Origin: Myxococcota bacterium
GTDB taxonomy: Bacteria > Myxococcota > XYA12-FULL-58-9 > JALHOP01
Direction of reading: 5' to 3'
DNA length: 61,211 bases
Assembly (NCBI GenBank): GCA_041288095.1
Contig: JBGGMJ010000146.1
Span: forward strand, 1-61,211
Each line of letters opens with the position of its first letter. The first letter of the stretch is position 1. Shown here one piece after another: positions 9,406-19,222 of this stretch. The position numbers and the translations under genes are program-made. The notes beneath the pieces are model-generated. The model did no database searches. It was not told where the DNA came from and worked only from the letters and a program-made list of their open reading frames with translations.

Positions 9406-12400
9406 TCAACCGCCGGTGAACGGACAGCCGAAGACGACGATCGGACTGCGGCTACCGGCCCTGAGCGTGTCGCAGGCAGTGCCGAAGAACTCGATCTGGT
9501 TGGTGCTCTGGTCATAGCTCCAGTTCGTGCCGCGGAAGACCTCGTCACGGTCGTTCGGATCAGCCACGTCCTGGAGGTAGACGAACATGCGCGTGAAGTC
9601 CGGTGGTGTGTCCGTGAGACTCAAGCGGCACGACGACACCTGCGAGATGATGTCGTTGAACGCCGTCTGCAGAGCGCCGGCGTTGGCCGCGTCGTAGTAG
9701 CAGGTAGGCGCGCCAACGTCGTCGCAGGTCGTGCGCGTGAGCTCGTCGCAACCAGCGATGTTGCGGTTGGCCGTCTTGCCGTGCACGGCGTGGCAGTTGA
9801 GGTTCGAGCTGCCGGAGAGCTGGAAGCCAACGACGTAGGTCTTGATGCGCGGGTCCGAGCCATAGAGCCGATCGATGGCGGCGTTGACGCGGCAGCCCTG
9901 GCCTGTAGCGCAATCGGTGCATGTGTTGCTCACGCAGTCGCCAGCCGCGGCGCAGGTCTTGGCGCCCGAGCAGTCAGCGCAGGTGTTACCGCCGCAGTCG
10001 ATGTCGGTCTCGTTGCCGTTTTGCACGCCGTCGCTGCACTGGGTCGTGCAGGGCCTGCAGCTGCCGCCGCAGTCGATACCGGTCTCGTCACCGTTCTGCG
10101 TGGTGCTGTTGCAGTGCACCGGGCGGCAGACATCGGTCGAGCCATCACAGAAGGTGCTCGTGCAGTCGTCCGCCACGACGCACAATGTACCGTTGGCGCA
10201 GCCCGCGGCGCACGCGCCGCCGCAGTCGATGCCGGTTTCGGAGCCGTTCTTGAGTCCGTCGCCGCAGCTCGCCGCCGCGCACAGACCGCCGGTGCAGATA
10301 CCGCTTCCGCAATCGCTATCGAGGTTGCAAGCGAGGCCTTCGGTGCAGCCCTGGCACGGACCACCGCAGTCAGCGGCGGTCTCGCCGGAATCGAGCACTT
10401 CGTTGGCGCAGCTCGGGAGGCGGCACTGACCTTCACGGCAAACGTGCGACAAGCAGTCGTCCGTGGTGACGCACGTCGGAGCTTCGCAGCCGACGCCGGG
10501 GCCATTGCACTGTCCGCTTTCGCAGTTTGCGCCGCTGCTGCAGCTCTCACCGCCGGTGTCGAAGCAGGGCGGGCACAAGCCGCCGCAGTCGACGCCGGTC
10601 TCGTCGCCATTCTTGATGTTGTCGCCGCAAGGCGGCTCGCAGGTGCGGATGTTGCCGGTGGTGTCACCGGTCGGCTCGCCGTCGGTGACGAGGAGCACCG
10701 CGTTCGGACGATCGGGGTCGTCGAGGCCGCCGCGATCGGGGAGCGCGAGGATCGAGCGCAAGGTCGGACCCGTCGGCGTCGAGCCACCGGGATCCGCCGC
10801 GAGGAGGGCGGTCTCGATGGCGGTCTGCGTGCTCAAGCCCACGGCGACGTCGATGTCACCAGCCGTGATGTTGCTGCTGTTCGCGCAGCTGAACCAGTTG
10901 CAATTCGTCGCGCAGCCGTCACCACCCATCTGGTTGGGATAGATGCTCAAGCCGAAGGACACCTGACCCGCGTAGGTGTCGATGAGGCCCTGAGCGCCGC
11001 CGCTGCCGGACGCGCCCATGATGGCGTTGAGCGCTTCGCTCCAGCGCGAGGTGGTGCTGGTCTGCGAGCATGCCCCCGCTAGAGGCGACGGGTTCGCGCA
11101 TCCGAAGTTGCAGTCGTCGTCGGTGCAGACGTTGCCAAAATTCGCGGGAGCGCTGACCAGGAAAGGTCCTGTGCACTCGACGTTCCCATCCGTCGACGCC
11201 GCGACGGGGTCGAAGCTATTGCACGCAGCCTCGCTGGCGCACGCACCGTAGTTGTAACCGCAATGGCCGCGCTGCGGATCACCGGCGCCGCAGAGATTCA
11301 TACTGCCCGACTTGTCGAAGACGATGAGCACGTTCGGCGGCACGAAACCGAAGCTCGCGAGCTCCTCGGCGCCGCACAAGGCGTCAGGCTCGCACTCGTA
11401 TTCGGAGTTGCAGCGCTGGCCCGCTGGGCAACCTGCGTTGCTCGCGCACTTGGTGTCGGGGATGCAGCCCGATTGACCGAGGACCGTGGCGCAGCGCTCG
11501 CCAGCGCCGCACGGACATGGATCGGCGCCGCTGGGAACGCACTGGAAGCGCTCGCACGTGAAGCCGGTCACGCAGTCGGCGTTGCTCGCGCAGTCGCCGA
11601 AGTCGATGCAACGATTGGTGGTGCTGCAGATGTCATCCCGGTTGGTGCAGCAATCACCGCCGCCGAAGCAGCAAGAGACCACGTTCGGCGCGCAGTTCGC
11701 GGTGAAGTTGTTGCTGTTGCAGGTCTCGCCGCCGGGCAAGAGCTGGCAGAGCGACGCGCCTTCGTCGCACTCCGAAGTAGGCGGACAGTCGCTGTCCTGC
11801 GCACACGTGCCTTCGTCGATGCAGGTGTCACAGGTGCCGCGCTCGACGCACAAGCGGCCGGAGCCGCAGTCCACGTTGACGCCGCAGCAACCGTTGGCGA
11901 CGCATTCGCCGTTGCCGGAGCAGTACTCGCTCGCCGTGTTGCAATCGCTCGAGGCATCGCATTTCGGGGGCTCGAGGCAGTTGCCGAGGGCGGAGCAGAA
12001 CTTGTCTTCGACACACTCACCGTCGTTGGCGCAGGTGGTGCGCTCGACGCAGGCGGTGCCAGTGCAGAGGTAACCTTGGCCGAGCTGGAGGTCGCAGTCG
12101 CCGTTGGAGGTGCACACGCCGGTGGTGCGGCAGAGGCTGTCGGCGCCGCAGTACTGATTGAGCGTGCAGTCGCCGTTGCCGCCGCAGGTTCCGTTGGGAA
12201 TGCATGCGCCCGACACGCTGCAGAAGCCGTTGGCGCAGGCACCGTCCGGATGGCCGAGCGAGCAAGGGAGCTGCTCGCAGCCGTCGATGGTGCAGACCTC
12301 GTCTTGGGGACAGGCACCGGCGACGCCGGCGCGGCAGTTCTGAACGACGCAGGCGCCGCTGACACAGCTCTCACCATCGGGGCAACAGCCGCGGTCGTTG

Positions 12401-13008
12401 CTGGGCGAGCAAGCACATTGCTCGAGCGGCTCGCAGCGGCCGTTCGAGCAGCCGAGATTGGGTCCACACCAGCCAGTGGGCTCGGCCGGGGAGCAGGCGC
12501 GCTGGTTGGGGACGCACTCGTCGCCGACGCAGACGTCGCCCGCGACGCAGCACGAGCCACCGCAGCACGCGGCGTTGCCGGCACACACGCCATCGGGGCG
12601 AGCCGGCGTACACGAGTTCGCGCCCGGGCCGGTAGTCACGATGTCGACGCAGGCGCCGTCGTCACAACCTTGTGCGGGAGTACACTCGCACCAGGACGAG
12701 AGGCAGACACCATCGCAGACGCAGGCCGAGGCGTTGGTACACAGGCAGATACCGTCGCTGCAGGTCTGACCGGTGCCGCAGTCGCCATCCGGCAGCGTCA
12801 CCGAGCAGGGACCGTTCGACTGCACGCACAAGCCGGTACGTGGATCGCACGCGCGGTTGTAGCCGCAGTCGGCCGAGCTCGTGCAGGCCTGTCCTTGGTC
12901 GTCGATGAAGAAAACGCCACTACAGGCGCTGGTAACCAGCGCTAGGGCCGCCACGAATGCGCGCGCGAGCACGAGCCGTGAGAACCGCCCCCCTAGAACA
13001 ACGTGCAT
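9406..13008 (-). CDS. Cys-rich vWA-domain lipoprotein (CglB-like vWA and C-terminal domain), about 1200 aa
   Basis: Lipobox LVTSAC, many Cys-rich repeats, MIDAS VLIVFDKSGSM, TPT, LLVTDGEP, IKTYVVGF, and C-terminal WSYD...IEFFGTAC...FGCP. Start re-called at ATG 13008. Confidence 0.85.
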   Translation of the reverse strand: MHVVLGGRFSRLVLARAFVAALALVTSACSGVFFIDDQGQACTSSADCGYNRACDPRTGLCVQSNGPCSVTLPDGDCGTGQTCSDGICLCTNASACVCDGVCLSSWCECTPAQGCDDGACVDIVTTGPGANSCTPARPDGVCAGNAACCGGSCCVAGDVCVGDECVPNQRACSPAEPTGWCGPNLGCSNGRCEPLEQCACSPSNDRGCCPDGESCVSGACVVQNCRAGVAGACPQDEVCTIDGCEQLPCSLGHPDGACANGFCSVSGACIPNGTCGGNGDCTLNQYCGADSLCRTTGVCTSNGDCDLQLGQGYLCTGTACVERTTCANDGECVEDKFCSALGNCLEPPKCDASSDCNTASEYCSGNGECVANGCCGVNVDCGSGRLCVERGTCDTCIDEGTCAQDSDCPPTSECDEGASLCQLLPGGETCNSNNFTANCAPNVVSCCFGGGDCCTNRDDICSTTNRCIDFGDCASNADCVTGFTCERFQCVPSGADPCPCGAGERCATVLGQSGCIPDTKCASNAGCPAGQRCNSEYECEPDALCGAEELASFGFVPPNVLIVFDKSGSMNLCGAGDPQRGHCGYNYGACASEAACNSFDPVAASTDGNVECTGPFLVSAPANFGNVCTDDDCNFGCANPSPLAGACSQTSTTSRWSEALNAIMGASGSGGAQGLIDTYAGQVSFGLSIYPNQMGGDGCATNCNWFSCANSSNITAGDIDVAVGLSTQTAIETALLAADPGGSTPTGPTLRSILALPDRGGLDDPDRPNAVLLVTDGEPTGDTTGNIRTCEPPCGDNIKNGDETGVDCGGLCPPCFDTGGESCSSGANCESGQCNGPGVGCEAPTCVTTDDCLSHVCREGQCRLPSCANEVLDSGETAADCGGPCQGCTEGLACNLDSDCGSGICTGGLCAAASCGDGLKNGSETGIDCGGACAAGCANGTLCVVADDCTSTFCDGSTDVCRPVHCNSTTQNGDETGIDCGGSCRPCTTQCSDGVQNGNETDIDCGGNTCADCSGAKTCAAAGDCVSNTCTDCATGQGCRVNAAIDRLYGSDPRIKTYVVGFQLSGSSNLNCHAVHGKTANRNIAGCDELTRTTCDDVGAPTCYYDAANAGALQTAFNDIISQVSSCRLSLTDTPPDFTRMFVYLQDVADPNDRDEVFRGTNWSYDQSTNQIEFFGTACDTLRAGSRSPIVVFGCPFTGG

Positions 13009-16000
13009 GTACCCGCCAGGCAAAGGAGCGGCGCGCAGCACTGTGAACTGTCGGTGCAGGCGCCGCAGGTTCCACCAACGCACGCTTGATTATTGCAATC
13101 ACGGCAGTCGCCGCAACCGGTGCAAGTCGACGTGTCGAGTGTGCATGCGGAAGAGCAGCTCACCGTGCCGTTACCTGACGTACAGGCTGGCGGTGCGTTC
13201 TGCTCACCCGGCGCGACGTCGAAGTCTTGGCCGTCGCACGCTTCGGTGCCGTTACGCAGACCATCGCCGCAGTAGGTGCAGGCAGTGGAGTCGATCGTGC
13301 AGTCGAGAGCGCAGGACAGGTTGCCGACCGCGGCCGGTAAGCCGAGCACCTCGGCGCAGCTGTCGCGGTTGCTGGGGAAGATATCGGGGTCGGTCTCTGG
13401 GCTGCCGCGGTCGCACTCTTCGCCGCCGGTGATGCCGCCGTTATGCGTACAGGCGCTGACGGCGCAACCCTGGAACGCACAGGTCGAGCTGCACGAGAGC
13501 GTACCGGTCTGACCCGCGGGGCAGTTCGTCTGCCCGTTGAGATCGCTGCCGTCGCACTCCTCGGCGCCGCCGCGGACGTTGTCACCGCAGCAAGCGCGTG
13601 TGTCGAACTGGCAAGCGTTGTTGCAGACCAGCGGGCCTCCGCTATAGCCGAGTGACTCACAGGTGGCGCCGCCGAGCGCGGTGCCGTCGCACTCCTCGCC
13701 CGCGTCGACCTCGCCGTTGCCGCACTTCTCGCAGGTGTTGCCCGCGTTCACGATGCCGCTGTCGTAGTGGAAGGTTGCGTCCTGCACGATGCGGGCGCGG
13801 CCGGCGAAGATACTGCCGTACAAGGTGAAGGTCTGGGGCATGTAGACTTCGCCGTAGGGCGCGTAGAGGTTCGCGGCGCCGATGATCGACTTGAGCGCCA
13901 TCGAGCGGGTGGCGTTGGTCGCGCAAGTCGTGCCGCTGCCGCCGGCGCGCAGGTTACCGCCACCAGCGTAGAAGCGGACGCGCGCCGGGTAGGCGGGCGA
14001 GCCCACGTACATCGTGTCGTTATTGCAGACACCGCCGTGGACGAACACGTCGAGCTCGGCCGCGTCGCTGAGCGTGATGTTCAGGATCTTCGGAATATCC
14101 ATGTTGCCGCCGATGTGGATGGCGGTACGGCCGTGCACGACGAGTGACACGGTCGTGTTGCTGCCGGCGGTGATGTTCGTGAAGTAGTACTGGCCGCAGG
14201 GCAGGTCGACGCGGAAGTCGCTGCTGCGATTCGCGAGCACGCGCGGGTCGAGGCCGATGTCGGTGTTGTTGTTGTTGCTCGTGGCGCAGCAGGCAGCGCC
14301 GCTGCAACCACCGGTGCCCTGCGGCAAGCAGGCGTGACCCGCGACGATCGCCGGCACGTCGACGAGCTTGCTCGGAGCGCAATCGCAGGCTTCGGGCACG
14401 ACCAAGGGGTTGGCGGTGCGATTCACCGTCCCCGCCGCCATCGTGCTGGTGCGGCCGGAGCTCTGGAAGAGCGTGTCGGCGAACGAGCCCGACGCGGTGA
14501 TGTTGTTCACCACGTAGCCGTCACCGCGCACACGGATCGAGCCGCCGCTGAGCGTGTCGCCGATGTGCAGGTCTTGCTCGATCGTGGTCACTGGGAGCCC
14601 CTGGTCGGGATAGCTCGCCGGCGCGCCGTTCGAGAGCCACATCGTGCCCCAGACCGTGGTGATCTGGCTGTTGTCGAAGGTGCCGTTGGCGCCGATGCCC
14701 GCGCCCTTGCCGTCGGCGCAGGTCGCGAGACCGTCACCGTTGGTGTCGGCGGCGCAGGCGCCGTTGTTGGTGCCGGGGACGGTGCAAGTGACGCCGTTTT
14801 CGCAGTGCGGGTCGTACGGGCCCTGCGAGCTGTTGAAGCCGTCGACGAAGAGCGGGTGCGAGGTGTCGATGTCCTCGCACGAGCACAAGGCGTAGCGGAA
14901 GCTGACGGCGGCAAGGCCACCGGTGCAACCAAGGACCGGCGGCACGGGGCAATCCGGATCGTTCGGATCGTTCGGGTCGCAGTTGAAGACGCCGGTGTTC
15001 AGATCGAGGACCGGTCCACCGCCCAAGCAGCGGGTGGGCGCGGTGCCCTCGCCGGTGTAGTCGCCACCGTTGGGCGGGGTGCAGTCGCCACCCGTGCAGC
15101 CGGTGCACTGACCGTTCAAGCAGACTTGAGCCGCGGTGCAGTCGGTGCCGTCGTTCGAGCCGGTGCAAGCACCACTCGCGCCGCAGAACTGGTCGTCGGT
15201 GCGCGGATCGATGCAGCGGTTGCCGCACTTGACGAGCGGCGGGGTGCAGTTGTCATGGCACTCGCCGCCGATGCAAGCGGTGCCGCCGGTGCAGACGTGG
15301 CCGCAGCTACCGCAGTTGGCCGGGTCGTTGAGCAAGCTGATGCAGGCAGCGCCGCACGAGGTCTGGTATAGCGGACACTTGCAGAGGAAGTCGGTGTCGA
15401 CGCTGCAGTAGCCGCCGGTGGGGCAGCCGCCGGCCGGACAAGCCGAGCTCGAGCAGGCCGAGACGTCGAAGCTGCAGTTTTCGTCACAAGCGAGGCCCGG
15501 GCCCGCGTCGTAACCTAGCGACGCGCAGGTCTCGCCGTCCAAGGCGGTGCCGTCGCACTGCTCGGCGCCGTCGACGACGTTGTTACCGCAGCCGCCGGTG
15601 CAGGTCGCGGTCGAGATGACGCAGCCGGTGCAGGTGAGCGTGCCGCCGCTGAAGAAGTAGCTGGCGCAGGTGAGGCCGCCGAAGTCGCTGGTGTCGCACT
15701 CCTCGGTCCCGCTCTTGGTGCCGTCGCCGCAGGTCAAGACGGCGCAGTGGTCGGTGCCGTCGCAGTAGCCCGAAGCGCAGTCGGTGCCTGTCGTGCAGAT
15801 GCCGCCCACGGCGCAGCCGGCGCAGTCGGGGCCGCCGCAGTCGACGTCGCTCTCGAAACCGTTCTTCTGGCCGTCGGGCGGGGTGCACGACGAGGCCTGG
15901 CAGGTGCTGTTGCAGAAGCCGCTCGAGCATTCCGCCGGGAGGTCGCAGGGCGTGCCGGGCGGGCAAGTGTTGCCGTCAACCAAGCAGCTGCCGGCGCAGT

Positions 16001-17153
16001 CGACGCCGCGCTCGTCTTGATTGAGGACGCCGTCGGTGCAGGTCGGATCTTGGCAGGCGCAGGGAGGCGTGTCGCAGACGTTGCCGACGCCGCAGACGCC
16101 GGACGCGCAGTCACCGGGCGCGCTGCAGCCGCCACCCCGGCCGCAACCGGGGCAGCCGGCGCCGCCGCAGTCGACGCCGGTCTCGCTACCATTTTGAACG
16201 CCGTCGGGAGGAACGCAGGAGGGGGCTTGGCAGGTCAGATTGCAGACTTCGCTGGTACAGTCGGTATTGCCGAGACAGGGATCGCCGGGGTCGCAGGTCT
16301 TGCCTTCGCCGACGCAGGTGCCGCCGCAGTCGACGCCGGTCTCGTCACCGTTGAGCGCGCCGTCGCTACACGTCGGGTCCTGACAGGTACACAGCGCTGG
16401 GCCGGGACAGACGTTGGCGACGCCGCAGATTCCGCTATCGCAGTCATTACCGCTGGCGCAGCCGCCGCCAGTCGCGCAGTCTTGGCAGCCGCCGCCACCG
16501 CAGTCGACGCCGGTCTCGCCCCCGTCGGTCACGCCGTTGGTGCAGTGCGACGCCGGAGGTTGGCAGGTGGCGTTGCAGATCTCGCTCTGGCAATCGTCGT
16601 CTTCCGAGCAGTCAGCGCCGTTCGGGCAGGTGCCGCCGGTCAGCGAGCAGGCGCCACCGCAATCGGTGTCGGTCTCGCTGCCGTTCTGGATGCCGTCGGT
16701 GCAGCTCGGATCGGCGCACTGGCCGCTCGACAAGCAGATACCGCTGGCGCAGTTGGTCGGACCGGCGCAGCCGCCGCCAGGGCAGGCGCCGCACGTGCCG
16801 CCGCAGTCGACGCCGGTCTCGCCACCGTCGATGATGCTGTTGATGCAGTGATCCTCGCGGCAGACGTCGCCGATGCAGTTCGTCGTGGTGCAGTCGTCGT
16901 CGTCGGTGCAGACGGAGCCGATGGGGCAGGGGGGGCAGGCGCCGCCGCAGGTGCCGACGCACTCGTCTTCTTCGACGACGCAGACACCATCGACACACAC
17001 GCGATCACCGGTGCACACCCCGGTTGGATTCGCGGCCGAGCAGGCATCGTCGTCGGGAACGCCGGAGACCTTGTTGGAACACGCTGATGCCAAGAGGAGC
17101 GTTGCCGCGAACAACGACAAGCCTGAGGCCGATGCAGAACGACGGGGTTGCAC
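12993..17153 (-). CDS. Very large Cys-rich repeat lipoprotein (1386 aa) with a central beta-rich non-repeat domain
   Basis: GGGAG SD before GTG and lipobox LLASAC. About 7 ETxxDCGG repeats, about 6 CG(D/N)-EECD myxobacterial disulfide repeats, Stig1-like CISLLNDPANCGSCG repeats, and a beta-helix-like region (DLPCGQYYF...NLYAPYGEV...TLYGSIFA). Confidence 0.85.
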   Translation of the reverse strand: MQPRRSASASGLSLFAATLLLASACSNKVSGVPDDDACSAANPTGVCTGDRVCVDGVCVVEEDECVGTCGGACPPCPIGSVCTDDDDCTTTNCIGDVCREDHCINSIIDGGETGVDCGGTCGACPGGGCAGPTNCASGICLSSGQCADPSCTDGIQNGSETDTDCGGACSLTGGTCPNGADCSEDDDCQSEICNATCQPPASHCTNGVTDGGETGVDCGGGGCQDCATGGGCASGNDCDSGICGVANVCPGPALCTCQDPTCSDGALNGDETGVDCGGTCVGEGKTCDPGDPCLGNTDCTSEVCNLTCQAPSCVPPDGVQNGSETGVDCGGAGCPGCGRGGGCSAPGDCASGVCGVGNVCDTPPCACQDPTCTDGVLNQDERGVDCAGSCLVDGNTCPPGTPCDLPAECSSGFCNSTCQASSCTPPDGQKNGFESDVDCGGPDCAGCAVGGICTTGTDCASGYCDGTDHCAVLTCGDGTKSGTEECDTSDFGGLTCASYFFSGGTLTCTGCVISTATCTGGCGNNVVDGAEQCDGTALDGETCASLGYDAGPGLACDENCSFDVSACSSSACPAGGCPTGGYCSVDTDFLCKCPLYQTSCGAACISLLNDPANCGSCGHVCTGGTACIGGECHDNCTPPLVKCGNRCIDPRTDDQFCGASGACTGSNDGTDCTAAQVCLNGQCTGCTGGDCTPPNGGDYTGEGTAPTRCLGGGPVLDLNTGVFNCDPNDPNDPDCPVPPVLGCTGGLAAVSFRYALCSCEDIDTSHPLFVDGFNSSQGPYDPHCENGVTCTVPGTNNGACAADTNGDGLATCADGKGAGIGANGTFDNSQITTVWGTMWLSNGAPASYPDQGLPVTTIEQDLHIGDTLSGGSIRVRGDGYVVNNITASGSFADTLFQSSGRTSTMAAGTVNRTANPLVVPEACDCAPSKLVDVPAIVAGHACLPQGTGGCSGAACCATSNNNNTDIGLDPRVLANRSSDFRVDLPCGQYYFTNITAGSNTTVSLVVHGRTAIHIGGNMDIPKILNITLSDAAELDVFVHGGVCNNDTMYVGSPAYPARVRFYAGGGNLRAGGSGTTCATNATRSMALKSIIGAANLYAPYGEVYMPQTFTLYGSIFAGRARIVQDATFHYDSGIVNAGNTCEKCGNGEVDAGEECDGTALGGATCESLGYSGGPLVCNNACQFDTRACCGDNVRGGAEECDGSDLNGQTNCPAGQTGTLSCSSTCAFQGCAVSACTHNGGITGGEECDRGSPETDPDIFPSNRDSCAEVLGLPAAVGNLSCALDCTIDSTACTYCGDGLRNGTEACDGQDFDVAPGEQNAPPACTSGNGTVSCSSACTLDTSTCTGCGDCRDCNNQACVGGTCGACTDSSQCCAPLLCLAGTCTLF

Positions 17154-17238
17154 AGTGACTCCCTACGGCCGGCGTGCGCGGCGTGGATCGACCCGATTGT
17201 CCAAAATCATCAGTGGGCGCAACGGGTTAAGTGTAGGC

Positions 17239-17281
17239 AAAAACGAAAATGCCCGGTCGACGCGAACGTCAACCGGGCATT
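17239..17281 (-). terminator. Rho-independent terminator downstream of tRNA-Gly
   Basis: Minus strand reads AATGCCCGGTTGACG-TTCG-CGTCGACCGGGCATT (hairpin) followed by TTCGTTTTT. Confidence 0.85.
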
Positions 17282-17295
17282 AGTGTACTCGAAAA

Positions 17296-17370
<75 letters not shown>

Positions 17371-17384
17371 TCAGCGGGGGCGTG

Positions 17385-17412
17385 AATGTCATGGGCCCGG
17401 CTGTTTTGTCAA
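17385..17412 (-). promoter_or_regulatory. Sigma70-type promoter of tRNA-Gly
   Basis: Perfect TTGACA (17412-17407), 16-bp spacer, GACATT, then a GC-rich discriminator just upstream of the tRNA. Confidence 0.55.
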
Positions 17413-17446
17413 CTGCAACATTGCGTCGGAACCATTGCGCTGGACA

Positions 17447-17490
17447 CCGGTGATAGTTAGTTCATATATTCAGAACTACCGAATCACCGG
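17447..17490. promoter_or_regulatory. Palindromic operator upstream of SDR (likely ArsR site)
   Basis: TAGTTC-N9-GAACTA (17458-17478) nested within CCGGTGAT...ATCACCGG. AT-rich, and overlaps a TGGACA-N18-TATATT promoter candidate. Confidence 0.6.
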
Positions 17491-17499
17491 AGTGCGGGA

Positions 17500-18252
17500 A
17501 TGAATACCAAGTTGAATGGCAAAGTTGCTTTGATTACAGGCGCCTCCAAGGGCATTGGGGCGGCCATCGCCAAGGCCCTGGCGGCGGAAGGCGCCGCCGT
17601 AGTGGTCAACTACGCGCGTGGTCTGGAGGACGCCGAGCGCGTCGTCGCCGAGATCGTCGCGCGCGACGGCAAGGCGGTCGCGGTGCAGGCCGACATGGCG
17701 CAGCCCGACGACGTGAAGCGCCTCTTCGCCGAGGTCAAGCGGCACTTCGGGCGACTCGATGTGCTCGTCAACAACGCCGGCGTCTACCACTTCGATCCGC
17801 TCGAGGCCGTGACCACCAACGAGTTTCATCGCCAGTACGGCGTCAACGTGCTCGGGCCGATCCTCGCGAGCCAAGAAGCGCTCAAATACTTCGGCGCCGA
17901 AGGTGGCAGCATCATCAACGTCAGCTCGGTGGTGAGTGACATCGCGATGCCGAACGCCGTGGTCTACGCCTCGACGAAAGGCGCGCTCGACACGGTGACA
18001 CGCGTGCTCGCCAAAGAGCTCGGTCCGCGGCGCATCCGCGTCAACACGATCGCGCCCGGTGGTGTCGACACCGAGGGCACGAAGTCCGCGGGCATCGTCG
18101 GCAGTGACTTCGAAAAGCAGGTCATCGCGCGCACGACCCTCGGCCGCATGGGACAACCCAGCGACATCGCGCCGGTCGCGGTCTTCTTGGCGAGCGACGC
18201 GTCGCAGTGGCTCACCGGCGAACGGCTCGTCGTCTCCGGTGGCTTTGCCTGA
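17500..18252 (+). CDS. SDR family oxidoreductase (glucose-1-dehydrogenase/FabG-like)
   Basis: TGASKGIG, LVNNAG, YASTK, IRVNTIAPG. Confidence 0.95.
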   Translation: MNTKLNGKVALITGASKGIGAAIAKALAAEGAAVVVNYARGLEDAERVVAEIVARDGKAVAVQADMAQPDDVKRLFAEVKRHFGRLDVLVNNAGVYHFDPLEAVTTNEFHRQYGVNVLGPILASQEALKYFGAEGGSIINVSSVVSDIAMPNAVVYASTKGALDTVTRVLAKELGPRRIRVNTIAPGGVDTEGTKSAGIVGSDFEKQVIARTTLGRMGQPSDIAPVAVFLASDASQWLTGERLVVSGGFA

Positions 18253-18302
18253 GCGTCGCCCCGCATGGACGCAGCGGCGGCCCGTTGCTAGGTTGTAAGA
18301 GC

Positions 18303-18662
18303 ATGAGGCCGCTGTTTCATCCAGCGCTGAGCGACATCACGGTGGAGGGCATTCTGCACGCCCTCTCCGATCCGGTCCGCTTTCGCATCTTCGTCGACCT
18401 CGCGAAGGACGATTCCACGAAGACCTGCTCCGCCTACCTCGAGGTGAGCAACCAGCCGGTACCGAAGTCGACCTTGTCACAGCACTTCAAGGTGCTGCGC
18501 GAGGCGGGCCTCGTGCGCAGCGAGCGGCGCGGTGTCGAGATGCACAACCTGTCGCGCTGCGCCGAGATCGCCACGCGCTTTCCCGGGCTACTGCCGGCGA
18601 TCATCGAGGCGCACAAGACGCAGAACGAGCAGAAGAGCCGCGGAAAGAAACGCACGGCATGA
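18303..18662 (+). CDS. ArsR/SmtB-family transcriptional regulator
   Basis: LHALSDPVR...PKSTLSQHFKVLREAGLV. Start at ATG 18303. Confidence 0.92.
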   Translation: MRPLFHPALSDITVEGILHALSDPVRFRIFVDLAKDDSTKTCSAYLEVSNQPVPKSTLSQHFKVLREAGLVRSERRGVEMHNLSRCAEIATRFPGLLPAIIEAHKTQNEQKSRGKKRTA

Positions 18663-19222
18663 TGCCGACGGCGCTGGGCCTCGATCGCGCGACCACCGCG
18701 CTCGCGATCATCGACGTGCAAGAGAAGCTCGCCGCCGCGATGGATGCTTCACTCATGAAGCCGGCGGTCGCGAACATCGAGCGTCTGCTGACGACGGCGA
18801 AGCTGCTGCAGCTGCCGACGTTGGTCAGTGAGCAGTATCCCGAGGGCCTCGGACCGACGGTTGCCGCTATAGCGGAACATTTGGGCGATGTGCCGCGCCT
18901 ACCCAAGGTCGAGTTCGACGCCATGAAGAACGCCGGTTTCGCGGCGAAGCTCGGCGCCACCAAGGCCAAGGCGGTCATCCTCGCGGGCATCGAGGCGCAC
19001 ATCTGCGTGGTGCAGACCGCGGCGTCGCTGCTGGCGCGCGGCTACGACGTATGGATTGCGCGCGACGCGGTCGCTTCGCGCACACCGGCCAACATGGAGG
19101 CGGGCCTCGCGCTCATGCACGACGCCGGCGCCAAGCTAGCGCCCACCGAAACCATTCTCTTCTGGCTGGTCGAGCGTGCCGGCACGCCCGAGTTCAAGAC
19201 CGTGAGCAAGCTCGTCCGCTAA
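18659..19222 (+). CDS. Isochorismatase-family hydrolase (YcaC-like)
   Basis: IIDVQEKL, SEQYPEGLGPTV, AGIEAHICVVQT, DAVASR. Confidence 0.92.
   Translation: MMPTALGLDRATTALAIIDVQEKLAAAMDASLMKPAVANIERLLTTAKLLQLPTLVSEQYPEGLGPTVAAIAEHLGDVPRLPKVEFDAMKNAGFAAKLGATKAKAVILAGIEAHICVVQTAASLLARGYDVWIARDAVASRTPANMEAGLALMHDAGAKLAPTETILFWLVERAGTPEFKTVSKLVR

Noticed and set aside
9990..16830. Recurring about 20-bp DNA repeat CCGCAGTCGACGCCGGTCTCG as a CRISPR or other non-coding array
   Set aside because: Encodes ETGVDCG protein repeats in frame; spacing is irregular and mostly over 100 bp; no cas genes.
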